This document shows positions 18,035 to 27,495 of a stretch of 64,000 nucleotides of DNA, one piece after another. The notes beneath the pieces were generated by a model, which did no database searches, was not told the origin of the DNA, and saw only the letters and a list, made by a program, of their open reading frames with translations. The first letter of the stretch is position 1. Each line of letters opens with the position of its first letter. The DNA is from Candidatus Fermentithermobacillaceae bacterium (GTDB lineage: Bacteria > Bacillota > Sulfobacillia > Fermentithermobacillales > Fermentithermobacillaceae), in the NCBI GenBank assembly GCA_012841375.1, contig DUUV01000121.1:30186-94185 (forward strand). Direction: 5' to 3'. A program made the translations under genes and the position numbers.

Positions 18035-19363
18035 TTGACTCCCCGGGAAGTCGCGCTAGACGTTCTCATGGGGCGAAGAGGCGCCTCCCGGGGAGATGTT
18101 TTTGCTTCCATCGAGAGTGGAAGCGACAGGGCTCTCGCCGAGTCGCTTGTAGCCGGGACGACCAAATGGAAGGGGCTCATTGACCGGGTGCTCGCCTCCC
18201 ATTCAGACCGCCCCCTCTCGTCCCTTGCTCCCCGGGTCCTCTGGGCGCTGCGGCTCGGTGTCTGCCAATTCCTCATCATGGGGATCCCTGCCCACGCATC
18301 TGTATCCACGACAGTGGAGCTTCTGCGAAGGCGGGGCGAAAAGGGATTCGTCAACGGCGTCCTCCGCTCGGCGGCGCGTCACTCCGGCCACGTTGAGATT
18401 CCTTCCTTGGACGAGGACATCCTGGAATACGCGACTTCCCGCTTTTCCTACCCGGAATGGATCGCCCGCCTGTTTATCGAAAGGTTCGGCCAGGCAGACG
18501 GGCTCAGATTGTTGGAGTTTGGAAACGGGGTTCCGACAATCACACTGAGGGTGAACAGCCTTAGGACCTCTCGCGACTACCTCCTGGGCAGGCTCCGTGC
18601 CCAAGGTGTGATGGCGGAGCCGGGGCCGGTTCCCGGGAGCCTTACGCTACTTAGGGGAGCCCGGGTGACTTCGCTTCCGGGCTTTCTGGAAGGCGAGTTT
18701 GTGGTACAGGACCCGTCGGCTATCGTTGCATCTCTGGCTCTGGGCGCACGGCCGGGTGAGGCAGTGTGGGACGCTTGCGCGGCTCCGGGAGGCAAGACGA
18801 CTCATTTGGCGGAGATGATGGAGGGATCGGGGACGCTTGTGGCGACCGACATCGACGCCTCTCGAGCGGACATGGTGAGGGACACGCTCGGCCGGATGGG
18901 ACTTGATTTCGCCCGGGTCCTGGCGCGAGACGCGTCGGACCCTTCTCTGGGCGGCGAACCTTTCAGTCATGGCTTCGACCGTATCTTGCTTGATGCCCCT
19001 TGTTCCGGTCTGGGTGTCATCAGGAGAAACCCGGACCTCCGGTGGAACCGGAGAGAAAGCGACATACCGGCCATGGCTCTCAGGCAGACGAGGCTGCTAG
19101 AGTCGGTCAAACGCTACCTCAGGCCAGGAGGCGTGCTCGTGTACAGTACGTGTACCCTCACCAAAGAGGAGAACGAGGATACATGGCTCCGGTTCCTTTC
19201 CAGGTCGGCCGATTTGGTCCCTCTGGACCCGGCGGCCGCTTTGGACCCCGGATCCGCCGGAATGCTGTCCGACGAGCCCTTTGCAGGGCCCGGCTACCGT
19301 TACATCCTGTCCCATCGCTCAGGGAGCGACGGGTTTTTCATCGCGAGAGCCAGGAGGGTCTGA
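18035..19363 (+). CDS. rsmB: 16S rRNA (cytosine967-C5)-methyltransferase RsmB (NusB-like N-domain + MTase)
   Basis: TTG start; SAM motif VWDACAAPGGKT, catalytic ...LDAPCSGLGVIRRNPD and TC(T/S) cysteine motif YSTCTL. Confidence 0.9.
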   Translation: MTPREVALDVLMGRRGASRGDVFASIESGSDRALAESLVAGTTKWKGLIDRVLASHSDRPLSSLAPRVLWALRLGVCQFLIMGIPAHASVSTTVELLRRRGEKGFVNGVLRSAARHSGHVEIPSLDEDILEYATSRFSYPEWIARLFIERFGQADGLRLLEFGNGVPTITLRVNSLRTSRDYLLGRLRAQGVMAEPGPVPGSLTLLRGARVTSLPGFLEGEFVVQDPSAIVASLALGARPGEAVWDACAAPGGKTTHLAEMMEGSGTLVATDIDASRADMVRDTLGRMGLDFARVLARDASDPSLGGEPFSHGFDRILLDAPCSGLGVIRRNPDLRWNRRESDIPAMALRQTRLLESVKRYLRPGGVLVYSTCTLTKEENEDTWLRFLSRSADLVPLDPAAALDPGSAGMLSDEPFAGPGYRYILSHRSGSDGFFIARARRV

Positions 19364-19364
19364 C

Positions 19365-20420
19365 GTGAACATCGAAGACGGAGACTGCTCGAAACCAAGC
19401 CTGTTCGAGCTCTCTAAAGAGAATCTCTCTTCCATCCTCGAAGAGGCCGGACACAAACCCTACCGGGCCGGCCAGATACTGAACTGGGTATACAAGCGGT
19501 TCGCGGCCTCCTTCGACGAGATGACGGACCTGCCGGCAGGTCTACGGGACTATTTGACAACCAAGGTGAAAATTAGAAGCCTCACCCTCTTGCGCAAGCA
19601 GGAAGGAGGGGGAGACTGGGCGAAAAAGTACCTTTGGGGCACGAAAGGGAGACCGCTGGTCGAGTCGGTGCTCCTTAAATATAAGTACGGGTTGACGGGA
19701 TGCGTATCCACTCAGGTTGGCTGTCCGGTAGGGTGCGCGTTTTGCGCTTCCCGCCATTTGGAGTACGAACGGGGTCTTTCCAAGGCAGAGATAGTTGAGG
19801 AGTTCATAGCCATGTGCGCGGACGAAAAGGCCCGCATCGGTCGCATGGTGTTCATGGGGACAGGCGAGCCGTTCCTCAACTATGAGAACGTGATGGCTGC
19901 CATCGACACGCTCTGCGACCCGTCCGGCTACGATCTGTCTCGCCGGAGGATAACGGTGTCAACTGTGGGCATACCCGAGGCCATGAGAGCGTTCGCAGGC
20001 GACTCCAGAGGAGTCAGATTGGCCCTCTCTCTGCACGCGGCAACAGATGATGTTCGCGACAGCCTGATACCTCTCAACCGGATGTATCCGGTCGGTCAGG
20101 TTGTCGAGGCCCTCAGGGACTACGCCTTGGCGACCGGCCAACGGGTAACCGTTGAATATATGCTCCTTTCGGGGGTCAACGACCGCAGGGAGGATGCGAA
20201 AGCGCTGGCGGCCCTTGTGGACGGGATAGATTGTCTGGTAAATCTAATTCCATGGAACCCTGTGCCGGGCTTGCCCTGGAGCCGGCCCGGTGCTCTGGAA
20301 GTCAGGACGTTCAAAGAGATTCTCGAAAGGAACCGTATTAAGGTCACTTTACGTCGTAGTCTCGGTGGGACCATCGAAGCGGCGTGCGGACAGCTGCGAC
20401 GCGAGATGACAGAGAAATGA
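19365..20420 (+). CDS. rlmN: 23S rRNA/tRNA (adenine-C2)-methyltransferase RlmN (radical SAM)
   Basis: GCPVGCAFCAS radical-SAM cluster motif, MGTGEPFLNY; GTG start 1 nt after rsmB stop with CAGGAGGG RBS. Confidence 0.9.
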   Translation: MNIEDGDCSKPSLFELSKENLSSILEEAGHKPYRAGQILNWVYKRFAASFDEMTDLPAGLRDYLTTKVKIRSLTLLRKQEGGGDWAKKYLWGTKGRPLVESVLLKYKYGLTGCVSTQVGCPVGCAFCASRHLEYERGLSKAEIVEEFIAMCADEKARIGRMVFMGTGEPFLNYENVMAAIDTLCDPSGYDLSRRRITVSTVGIPEAMRAFAGDSRGVRLALSLHAATDDVRDSLIPLNRMYPVGQVVEALRDYALATGQRVTVEYMLLSGVNDRREDAKALAALVDGIDCLVNLIPWNPVPGLPWSRPGALEVRTFKEILERNRIKVTLRRSLGGTIEAACGQLRREMTEK

Positions 20421-20454
20421 GCTGACGCGCAGGGCTTGTTGGGAGGGACCGGAG

Positions 20455-21198
20455 TTGCAGTGGAGCGCTCGAACCTCGCGGGGGCTTGTCAGGCCCGACA
20501 ACGAGGACGCATGGATGGTTCAGGCTTTTTCCGAGCGCGTTTGGTTGGCGATGGTCGCCGACGGCATCGGAGGTTGTGAGGCCGGAGAGGTTGCGTCATC
20601 TCTTGCCATCAAACACTGCGGCGAGTTTATCCTCGCGAACTACGAGAAGCACATGCCGCAAGAGCTCCTGTTCAAGGCCATACGGTATGGGAACCGGAAG
20701 GTCCTGCATGCCGCAGCCGAGACCGGCAATGTCGGGATGGGGACAACCCTTACTGCCGCTTTGGTCCTTGAAGACGAAAGCAAGATTCACATCGGCCACG
20801 TTGGCGATAGCCGGGCATATCTCATCTCCAGAGGACAGATCCGTCAGATAACCGAAGATCATTCTCTGGCGGGAGAACTGGTGAGGAACGGCACCATAAC
20901 TGAGGAAGCGGCCATGAGGCATCCGGCCAGGAATGCGCTGACGGCCGCCTTGGGCACGGAGATGTCCGTGCCCATAGCCATCTACGAGGAGAACCTGAGC
21001 CCCGGTGACGTTGTGGTATTATGTACTGATGGATTGACAGGTCTTGTGAACTCGAAAGAGATAGGTGAAATGACTTCCATGGTCGGCAGAAAGGAAGTCG
21101 CTCAAAGGTTTGTTGATACGGCAAACCAGCGCGGCGGCTACGATAATGTTACGGTCGTATTGCTCTGGCCAGACATAGAGGGAGCCGCCTGCGGCTAG
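20455..21198 (+). CDS. prpC: PP2C-family Ser/Thr protein phosphatase (Stp/PrpC)
   Basis: RPDNEDAW, VADGIGG, GDSRAY, LCTDGL metal-binding motifs; TTG start; precedes PASTA kinase. Confidence 0.9.
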   Translation: MQWSARTSRGLVRPDNEDAWMVQAFSERVWLAMVADGIGGCEAGEVASSLAIKHCGEFILANYEKHMPQELLFKAIRYGNRKVLHAAAETGNVGMGTTLTAALVLEDESKIHIGHVGDSRAYLISRGQIRQITEDHSLAGELVRNGTITEEAAMRHPARNALTAALGTEMSVPIAIYEENLSPGDVVVLCTDGLTGLVNSKEIGEMTSMVGRKEVAQRFVDTANQRGGYDNVTVVLLWPDIEGAACG

Positions 21199-21203
21199 GA
21201 GAG

Positions 21204-23099
21204 GTGAATCCGTTGTCACCCGCTGACATCACAGGCAGGAAGGTACTAAACAGGTACAAGCTCACAGAGAAGCTCGGCGGCGGTGGGATGAGCGTCGTAT
21301 GGAAAGCTTACGACCTGGTCCTCGACCGGAACGTAGCCCTCAAAGTACTCCGGCCCGAGATGAGCGAGGACGAGGAGTTCATCCGTCGTTTCCGCAGAGA
21401 GGCGCAATCGGTCGCCTCTTTGTCTCACCCCAATATCGTGAACATCTACGATGTGGGCGAAGACCGGGGCCTCTACTTCATTGTAATGGAGCTCATTGAG
21501 GGCGAGACGCTTCGAGACAAGCTGAAGAGGGAAGGCGCCCTTGACACGACGGAAGCGTTGGAGATCGCGTCTCAGATCTGTGAAGCTTTGTCCCACGCTC
21601 ACAACCGGAGAATTATCCACAGGGACATCAAGCCTCAGAACATCCTTCTCACCAAGAACGGACACGTCAAAGTGGCCGATTTCGGCATAGCCCGGGCGTT
21701 GGGCGCGATCTCGACCACGTCTCGCGATCTGGTGGTAGGGTCCGCGCCATATCTCAGCCCCGAACAGGCTAAGAACGGTGTGGTCTCAAACCGTTCAGAT
21801 ATCTACTCTCTGGGAGTCGTCCTCTTTGAGATGCTCACCGGCAAGCAGCCTTTCGCCGGAGACAGCCCGGTGGCGGTCGCCCTCCAACATGTCCAGTCGG
21901 AACCGCCACCCATCCGCAAAGTGAAGCCGTCATTGCCTGAGAGGGTAGCCAACGTTGTAACCAAGGCCCTAAAAAAGAATCCTGAGGAGAGATTCTCCTC
22001 TGTTGACGAAATGCGGCGGGAGATGGGGTTCATCCTCGCCAAGGCAGGCTGGGACCCGGCCCCGGGCACCGCTCGAGAGGATGCTCCGGCGTCCGGAGGG
22101 CCGGAGGAGGATGATGACGTCGTGGCACGTCCACAGAAGAAGAGGCGGGGGCTTTCATTAGGCACCAAGGTTTTCCTTGTCGTCGCGGTGATCGCCGTCG
22201 CGATGGGCGGGTACGCGCTTAAGCTGTTCAGAGATTGGATGGATGTACCTCTGGTGACGGTGCCGGAATTGGCCGGGAAGCTTTTTGTGCAAGCCCAGGA
22301 AGAGAGCAAGCGACTGGGACTTGTGCTTATGGTCTCCGGTTGGCGAAATGATCCGGAGGTCCCTGCTAACGTGATTATCTCTCAGAGCCCGCTCCCCGGC
22401 GAACAGGTTAAGCAGGGGAGAGAGATTTGGTGCCTCGTTTCAAAGGGGCAAGACCTCGCGACCATCCCCGACGTGAGGAATATGACTGTCAAGGAAGCGT
22501 CCATCGAATTTCAGAATTCCGACGTCTCCATGGGCAACGTAACCCGTACATGGGATGAGAAAATTGAGAAAGACAGGGTGATCAGCCAGAACCCGAAACC
22601 CGGGCTGGAAGTGCCCAAGAACACTCCTGTGGACCTGGTGGTATCAGACGGTCCTGAGCCGCAGTCGGTCAAGATACCTGATGTGAGAGGCAAGATGCTT
22701 GAGGAGGCCAAGGAGACGCTGATAGAATCTCTGCTCGGCGTCGGCAATGTCTCGTACCAAGATTCCCCGCTGCCTGAGGGTACCGTGATAGCGCAGAACC
22801 CGCTACCGGGTACAGAGGTCCCGTACCAGTACCGGGTCTCTCTCACCGTCAGTGGGAGAACGACTACGGCGAAACACCGCTTCTCCAAGACTTTCAGGGT
22901 GCCGGAGGAATACGCGGGACAGACAGACTTGGTCCACGTGGTGATCACCGTGAGGGATGACCTGGGGGAAAGGGTCGTGTACGACCGCCTCGTTCAGCCT
23001 GAGGTCGAGCAGACGGTGCACTTCATGTGGGAAGGGACTCAAGCGACGGTAATCACCGATATGGGCGGAAGGCGATCATACGAAACGATAAGGCCCTAG
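21204..23099 (+). CDS. prkC: Ser/Thr protein kinase with three PASTA repeats (PrkC/PknB)
   Basis: Kinase subdomains (VALKVL, HRDIKPQNILL, DFGIA, SPEQ), TM segment, three PASTA-like repeats and extra C-terminal domain. Confidence 0.9.
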   Translation: MNPLSPADITGRKVLNRYKLTEKLGGGGMSVVWKAYDLVLDRNVALKVLRPEMSEDEEFIRRFRREAQSVASLSHPNIVNIYDVGEDRGLYFIVMELIEGETLRDKLKREGALDTTEALEIASQICEALSHAHNRRIIHRDIKPQNILLTKNGHVKVADFGIARALGAISTTSRDLVVGSAPYLSPEQAKNGVVSNRSDIYSLGVVLFEMLTGKQPFAGDSPVAVALQHVQSEPPPIRKVKPSLPERVANVVTKALKKNPEERFSSVDEMRREMGFILAKAGWDPAPGTAREDAPASGGPEEDDDVVARPQKKRRGLSLGTKVFLVVAVIAVAMGGYALKLFRDWMDVPLVTVPELAGKLFVQAQEESKRLGLVLMVSGWRNDPEVPANVIISQSPLPGEQVKQGREIWCLVSKGQDLATIPDVRNMTVKEASIEFQNSDVSMGNVTRTWDEKIEKDRVISQNPKPGLEVPKNTPVDLVVSDGPEPQSVKIPDVRGKMLEEAKETLIESLLGVGNVSYQDSPLPEGTVIAQNPLPGTEVPYQYRVSLTVSGRTTTAKHRFSKTFRVPEEYAGQTDLVHVVITVRDDLGERVVYDRLVQPEVEQTVHFMWEGTQATVITDMGGRRSYETIRP

Positions 23100-23995
23100 A
23101 GCGAGGTGTTGTCACGGAGTTGGAGGGCAGGGTAACTGCGGTTCATTCTTCCTACTGTCTGGTATGGGTCGGCGGCGAGACGGTCCGGTGCTCTTTGCGC
23201 GGGCGTCTCAGGCACGGCAGCGTGCAGGTTATTCCGGGCGACCTTGTGAGGATCAGCCGGAAGAAGGACCAAGGCCTTGTAGAGGAGGTTCTCCCACGCA
23301 AGAACTCCCTCATCCGCCCTCCCGTGGCCAACATCGACCGCGTCGTCGTCGTGACTGCGGTTACGCACCCGCCTATTGACCTCGTATACGTGGACCGGAT
23401 ACTGGTCCATTTGGAGAGCCAAGACATAGACGCAGTGGTGTGTTTCAATAAGGTGGATATCGAGGACCCGGACGAAGTCCGGAGGTTATCGGCCGTCTAC
23501 GAGAAGGCAGGCTACGAAGTCGCAAGAACCTCTGCGGTCACCGCAGAAGGTCTATCGGACCTCGTTCAGAGGATGCAGGGAAGAAACGTTGTGTTTGCGG
23601 GCGCCAGCGGGGTCGGGAAATCCAAAATACTCTCGTCGGTGACAGAGCGGGATATCTCGACGGGCCGCCTCTCCAAGATCAGGCGCGGCAGGCACACGAC
23701 CAAGGGCGTTACCCTGTATCCGGTTGAGGGCGGAGCGTTCGTCGCCGACACTCCGGGGTTCTCCAGGCTTGACATCGTCGACTGCGAGCCCTTTTCCCTC
23801 GGTTACTACTACCGGGAAATGATCGAACTGGCGCCCTTGTGTCACTTCCCCAGGTGTCTTCACAAGACCGAAGAACTTTGTGCCGTTCGAGAGGCTCTTG
23901 CGGAAGGCGCCATCGCTCCCGAAAGATATGAGACCTACCTGTCGCTCTTGGATGAATGTATAGAGAGGGAGAAACGGAAGTATGGGCAAGATTAG
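23027..23995 (+). CDS. rsgA: Ribosome small-subunit-dependent GTPase RsgA (YloQ/CpgA)
   Basis: OB-fold N-terminus, RPPVANIDRVVVV, circularly permuted GTPase motifs NKVD...GASGVGKS, C-terminal zinc motif CHFPRCLH; annotated start lies 73 nt inside prkC 3' end. Confidence 0.85.
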   Translation: MGRDSSDGNHRYGRKAIIRNDKALERGVVTELEGRVTAVHSSYCLVWVGGETVRCSLRGRLRHGSVQVIPGDLVRISRKKDQGLVEEVLPRKNSLIRPPVANIDRVVVVTAVTHPPIDLVYVDRILVHLESQDIDAVVCFNKVDIEDPDEVRRLSAVYEKAGYEVARTSAVTAEGLSDLVQRMQGRNVVFAGASGVGKSKILSSVTERDISTGRLSKIRRGRHTTKGVTLYPVEGGAFVADTPGFSRLDIVDCEPFSLGYYYREMIELAPLCHFPRCLHKTEELCAVREALAEGAIAPERYETYLSLLDECIEREKRKYGQD

Positions 23996-24644
23996 AGTTT
24001 CGCCGTCGCTGATTTCGGCAGATCCCGCCAATCTGGAGGCCGACGTGTTTTCGGTCAAGGAGGCAGGCGCGGATCTCCTTCACCTGGACGTCATGGACGG
24101 GCACTTCGTGCCGAACTTGACTTACGGACCACTCACGGCCGAGAGGCTTTGTCACTACGGCATCCCCCTGGACATTCACCTAATGGTGGACAATCCTGAC
24201 TCGGTCGTTCCGCTCTTTCTCCCACACGCTTCCTACCTGACCGTACACGTGGAAGCGGCCACTCACCTCCACCGGCTCCTCCAGCTCATCAAGGACCACG
24301 GCGTGAAAGCCGGTGTAGCCCTGAACCCGGCCACGCCTCCCGATACCATTTCCTATGTCTTGGACTTGGTCGATCTGGTCTTGGTCATGACCGTCAACCC
24401 AGGGTGGGGCGGGCAGAAGTGCTTGACGGGTATGGCGGAAAAGGTCAAGGCCGTGAAAAGCATGGTTGAATCGTCAGGTCGGTCCATCGACATCGCCGTC
24501 GACGGGGGGATCACGTCAATGAACGCTGGTCTCTTCGTCTCCAGTGGGGCGGACATCCTCGTCTCCGGGAGCCACGTCTTCAAGGCATCCGACAGGCGAA
24601 GCACCATACTTGCCCTCAAAGAGAGCACCCCGAAGCATCCCTGA
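23982..24644 (+). CDS. rpe: Ribulose-phosphate 3-epimerase
   Basis: SPSLISADPANL...HLDVMDGHFVPNLT... classic Rpe signature. Confidence 0.95.
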   Translation: MGKIRVSPSLISADPANLEADVFSVKEAGADLLHLDVMDGHFVPNLTYGPLTAERLCHYGIPLDIHLMVDNPDSVVPLFLPHASYLTVHVEAATHLHRLLQLIKDHGVKAGVALNPATPPDTISYVLDLVDLVLVMTVNPGWGGQKCLTGMAEKVKAVKSMVESSGRSIDIAVDGGITSMNAGLFVSSGADILVSGSHVFKASDRRSTILALKESTPKHP

Positions 24645-24679
24645 ATATACTTTACTGATTCCTGGATGAAAAAGCGGGG

Positions 24680-24853
24680 ATGCTATTGCGGCTGAGGTCG
24701 AGAGCTGCCAAACACAAAGTCTACTTTTGGGCGCTGATGGGGGCCTCCGGAGCCGTCATTCTTCTCCTGTCGCTACCCTCATGGGTCATCCTCGCCCTTG
24801 TGGGCGCCGGACTTATTGCCGGCGCTGTCTACGGCTTCCGGAGCGGACTGTGA
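24680..24853 (+). CDS. Putative 57-aa membrane peptide (not in ORF track)
   Basis: ATG 24680...TGA 24853 encodes MLLRLRSRAAKHKVYFWALMGASGAVILLLSLPSWVILALVGAGLIAGAVYGFRSGL with two hydrophobic helices; sits before a bidirectional terminator; unverified. Confidence 0.3.
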   Translation: MLLRLRSRAAKHKVYFWALMGASGAVILLLSLPSWVILALVGAGLIAGAVYGFRSGL

Positions 24854-24973
24854 AGGAGGTCTTTGCCAAGTGAAGGTACGCGTCATGAGAGTCCCAAAGC
24901 CTCTCTCGGGAATCGTCAGGGCGATCCTGGGACTCTTCGGCTACAAGTGAGGTAGGAGCGGTCCCACACGAAA

Positions 24974-25009
24974 AACACCTCTCCGGAAAGCGGACGAGGT
25001 GTTCCTTTT
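24974..25009. terminator. Bidirectional intrinsic terminator (12-bp stem with 1-nt bulge, GAAAG loop, A-run 5' and T-run 3')
   Basis: AAAAACACCTCTCCG-GAAAG-CGGACGAGGTGTTCCTTTTG between the rpe-side transcript (+) and rpmB (-, ends 25034). Confidence 0.65.
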
Positions 25010-25033
25010 GTCTCCTATTGTGTCTTGCCGCCT

Positions 25034-25270
25034 TTAGTCCTGAGAAACGGTCCTTGCCCTGATGGCCCTCTTGACTTTTCCGGAACGGAGGCAAGCCGTG
25101 CAGGCATGTACTCGCCTGGTGTGGCCGTCGATTATGGCACGGACCCTCTGGATATTGGGGGAATAGGTCCTCTTGGTCTTAATCTGAGAGTGACTTACGC
25201 GGTTGCCGACCGACTTGGTCTTGCCGCAGATCTCGCACCTGGGCACGAAAAAAACCTCCTTACGGGTCAT
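25034..25270 (-). CDS. rpmB: 50S ribosomal protein L28
   Basis: CEICGK..GN.VSHS..KTKR...PN.Q.VR...G...RVHACT.CLRSGKV pattern; short N-terminal extension, true start may be internal. Confidence 0.85.
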   Translation of the reverse strand: MTRKEVFFVPRCEICGKTKSVGNRVSHSQIKTKRTYSPNIQRVRAIIDGHTRRVHACTACLRSGKVKRAIRARTVSQD

Positions 25271-25360
25271 CCGTATGACCCTAGCATTGTAGCATAGGAG
25301 AATAGGGAGGAAAAGCGTAGAATCATCTAGAAGTGGGTTTGACCTCGCAAGCGAAGGAGG

Positions 25361-25747
25361 ATGGCAATGCCTCAGCTGACCGGCAAGGAGGTAGAGACGA
25401 ATCTGGGACGTCTCATCCTGTCCGAGGAAGCCATCGCTACCATCGCGGGGGCTGCGGCCACCGAGTGCTACGGCGTCGTCGGAATGGCGGGACGTAGAAT
25501 GGTTGACGGGATCGCCGAACTTCTCGGCAAAGAGAACCTATCCAAGGGCGTCTCGGTGTCAATTGAGGGCGATCTGGTCTACATCGACCTGGCGGTGGTT
25601 GTAGGTTACGGAGTCAAGATCTCCGAAGTTGCCCGGATGGTTGTGGACAAAGTCAGATACACGGTTGAGAATGTTACAGGACTCAAAGTTAAGAAAGTAA
25701 CGGTGAACGTGCAAGGAATCAGGCTGCAAGGAAGCTCGGGGAGTTGA
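25361..25747 (+). CDS. Asp23/Gls24 family alkaline-shock protein (YloU-like)
   Basis: Asp23 family pattern ...ATECYGVVGMAG...VSVSIEGDLVYIDLAVVVGYGVKI...; precedes DAK2 protein as in the B. subtilis yloU-yloV pair. Confidence 0.9.
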   Translation: MAMPQLTGKEVETNLGRLILSEEAIATIAGAAATECYGVVGMAGRRMVDGIAELLGKENLSKGVSVSIEGDLVYIDLAVVVGYGVKISEVARMVVDKVRYTVENVTGLKVKKVTVNVQGIRLQGSSGS

Positions 25748-27495
25748 CTATGGCCCATAGTATCCTGGATGGCGACGTTTTTAGGCGTCTGGTCTTGAGC
25801 GCGAGATCGTATCTGGGCGCTCGAAAGAAAGAAGTGGATTCCCTCAATGTTTTCCCGGTTCCCGACGGAGACACGGGGACCAACTTGTACCTCACGCTCT
25901 CATCGGCAGCCGACACGCTGTCAGAAAAGAGCGGGCTTACTCTGTCGGAGGCTTCCGAGATGGCGAGCCACGGAGCCCTCATGGGGGCCCGGGGCAACTC
26001 GGGAGTGATTCTCTCCCAAATACTGCGAGGTATCGCCAGGCACTTTCAGGGACGGGACAGCGTTACGGCACCTGAGTTGTGCGGGGCGTTGGACGAAGCG
26101 GTTACAACAGCGTATAAGGCCGTGATGAAACCGGTTGAAGGCACCATCCTCACGGTGCTTCGCGGGCTCCGCGACGGGGCGACCAAAGCGGCCTCCTCTC
26201 ACGACCTTTCGTCGATCTTGGGCTCCGGCCTCAAGGAAGCCAAGGCGGTGTTGGAGCACACCCCCGAAATGCTTCCCGTCCTCAAACAGGCGGGCGTAGT
26301 TGACGCCGGAGGCAAAGGTCTCGTTTTCATAGTGGAAGGATTTCTCGAGGGATTGTCCTACGAAGAAGTAAGGGAGATAGCGGTCGGCGAGAGTCCGGTG
26401 ACCTTTCCCGCGCCATCGAAAGGATCATTCCGTGTCGAAGAGCTTGAGACCGCCGATATCAGATACCCTTACGACACCCAGCTCCTGGTGACCCTTCATG
26501 ATTCGTCTCCGGATAGGCTGAGGGAGGACCTGACTCCTCTTGGAGACTCGCTCCTGGTCGTCGGGTCGGGAGGGCTCGCCAGAGTGCATATCCACACCGA
26601 CCGTCCGGGTGACGTGTTGACCGCCTGTCTCACCCACGGCACCCTTTCGGACGTTACCATCGACAACATGATCGAGCAGTCCCGGGACATGGCCAAATCG
26701 TCCTCTCCGGCAACGGCCGCAGGCGGCCCGGGAGGCCTGGCCTCACCTGAACAAACAGGCGGAGCCCCAGGGGCCACCGGCAGCGCTTCAGTGCTGCCGC
26801 CTTCACTTTCTGCCGCCGTCAACGAAAGAGAGGCCAGGGAAACCGGGATAGTGTCGGTCGCGACCGGCCAGGGACTCAAGGACATCATGAAGAGTCTTGG
26901 CTGTGACTTGGTCATCGACGGTGGCGTTACCATGAACCCGTCAACCGCCGAACTCGCGGCGGCCGTGAAGAGCGTGGCTGCCAAGAAGATCATCTTCCTA
27001 CCCAATAACGGCAACATTTTCTTGGCTGCCAAGCAAGCCAAGAAGCTTGTGGGACGGAATATGTACATAATCCCGTCCAAGACCATTCCGCAAGGCATAT
27101 CGGCGCTTCTATCCCTGAATCTCAACGAGGACATGGGGCACAACCTCAAGAGGGCCTCAAAAGCCCTGAAGCGAGTCAAGACGGGAGAAGTGACCTACGC
27201 TGCCCGGACCGGCAAGTTTGGACGGCATGTGATGAACCAAGGGGATATCCTGGGCCTCATCGACGGCAAAGTCGAACTGGTGGGAGATGACCCGGTGGTT
27301 GCGCTCAAGGAGATAGTGCGCCGGATGGTAAAACAAGGCGACGAGATCGTGACCGTATACTGGGGCCAGGATGTGGATGAAGAGACGGCCGCCAAGGCAA
27401 GCGAAGACCTGGAGGCTATGCTCGACGGTTCGGTTGAGCTGGAGTTCCACAGCGGAGGGCAGGCACTTTACTACTTCATCATCTCGGTGGAATGA
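25744..27495 (+). CDS. fakA: DAK2-domain fusion protein YloV (fatty acid kinase FakA family)
   Basis: N-terminal DAK2 domain (FPVPDGDTGTNL), central and C-terminal DegV-like/FakA domains; 583 aa. Confidence 0.85.
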   Translation: MTMAHSILDGDVFRRLVLSARSYLGARKKEVDSLNVFPVPDGDTGTNLYLTLSSAADTLSEKSGLTLSEASEMASHGALMGARGNSGVILSQILRGIARHFQGRDSVTAPELCGALDEAVTTAYKAVMKPVEGTILTVLRGLRDGATKAASSHDLSSILGSGLKEAKAVLEHTPEMLPVLKQAGVVDAGGKGLVFIVEGFLEGLSYEEVREIAVGESPVTFPAPSKGSFRVEELETADIRYPYDTQLLVTLHDSSPDRLREDLTPLGDSLLVVGSGGLARVHIHTDRPGDVLTACLTHGTLSDVTIDNMIEQSRDMAKSSSPATAAGGPGGLASPEQTGGAPGATGSASVLPPSLSAAVNEREARETGIVSVATGQGLKDIMKSLGCDLVIDGGVTMNPSTAELAAAVKSVAAKKIIFLPNNGNIFLAAKQAKKLVGRNMYIIPSKTIPQGISALLSLNLNEDMGHNLKRASKALKRVKTGEVTYAARTGKFGRHVMNQGDILGLIDGKVELVGDDPVVALKEIVRRMVKQGDEIVTVYWGQDVDEETAAKASEDLEAMLDGSVELEFHSGGQALYYFIISVE

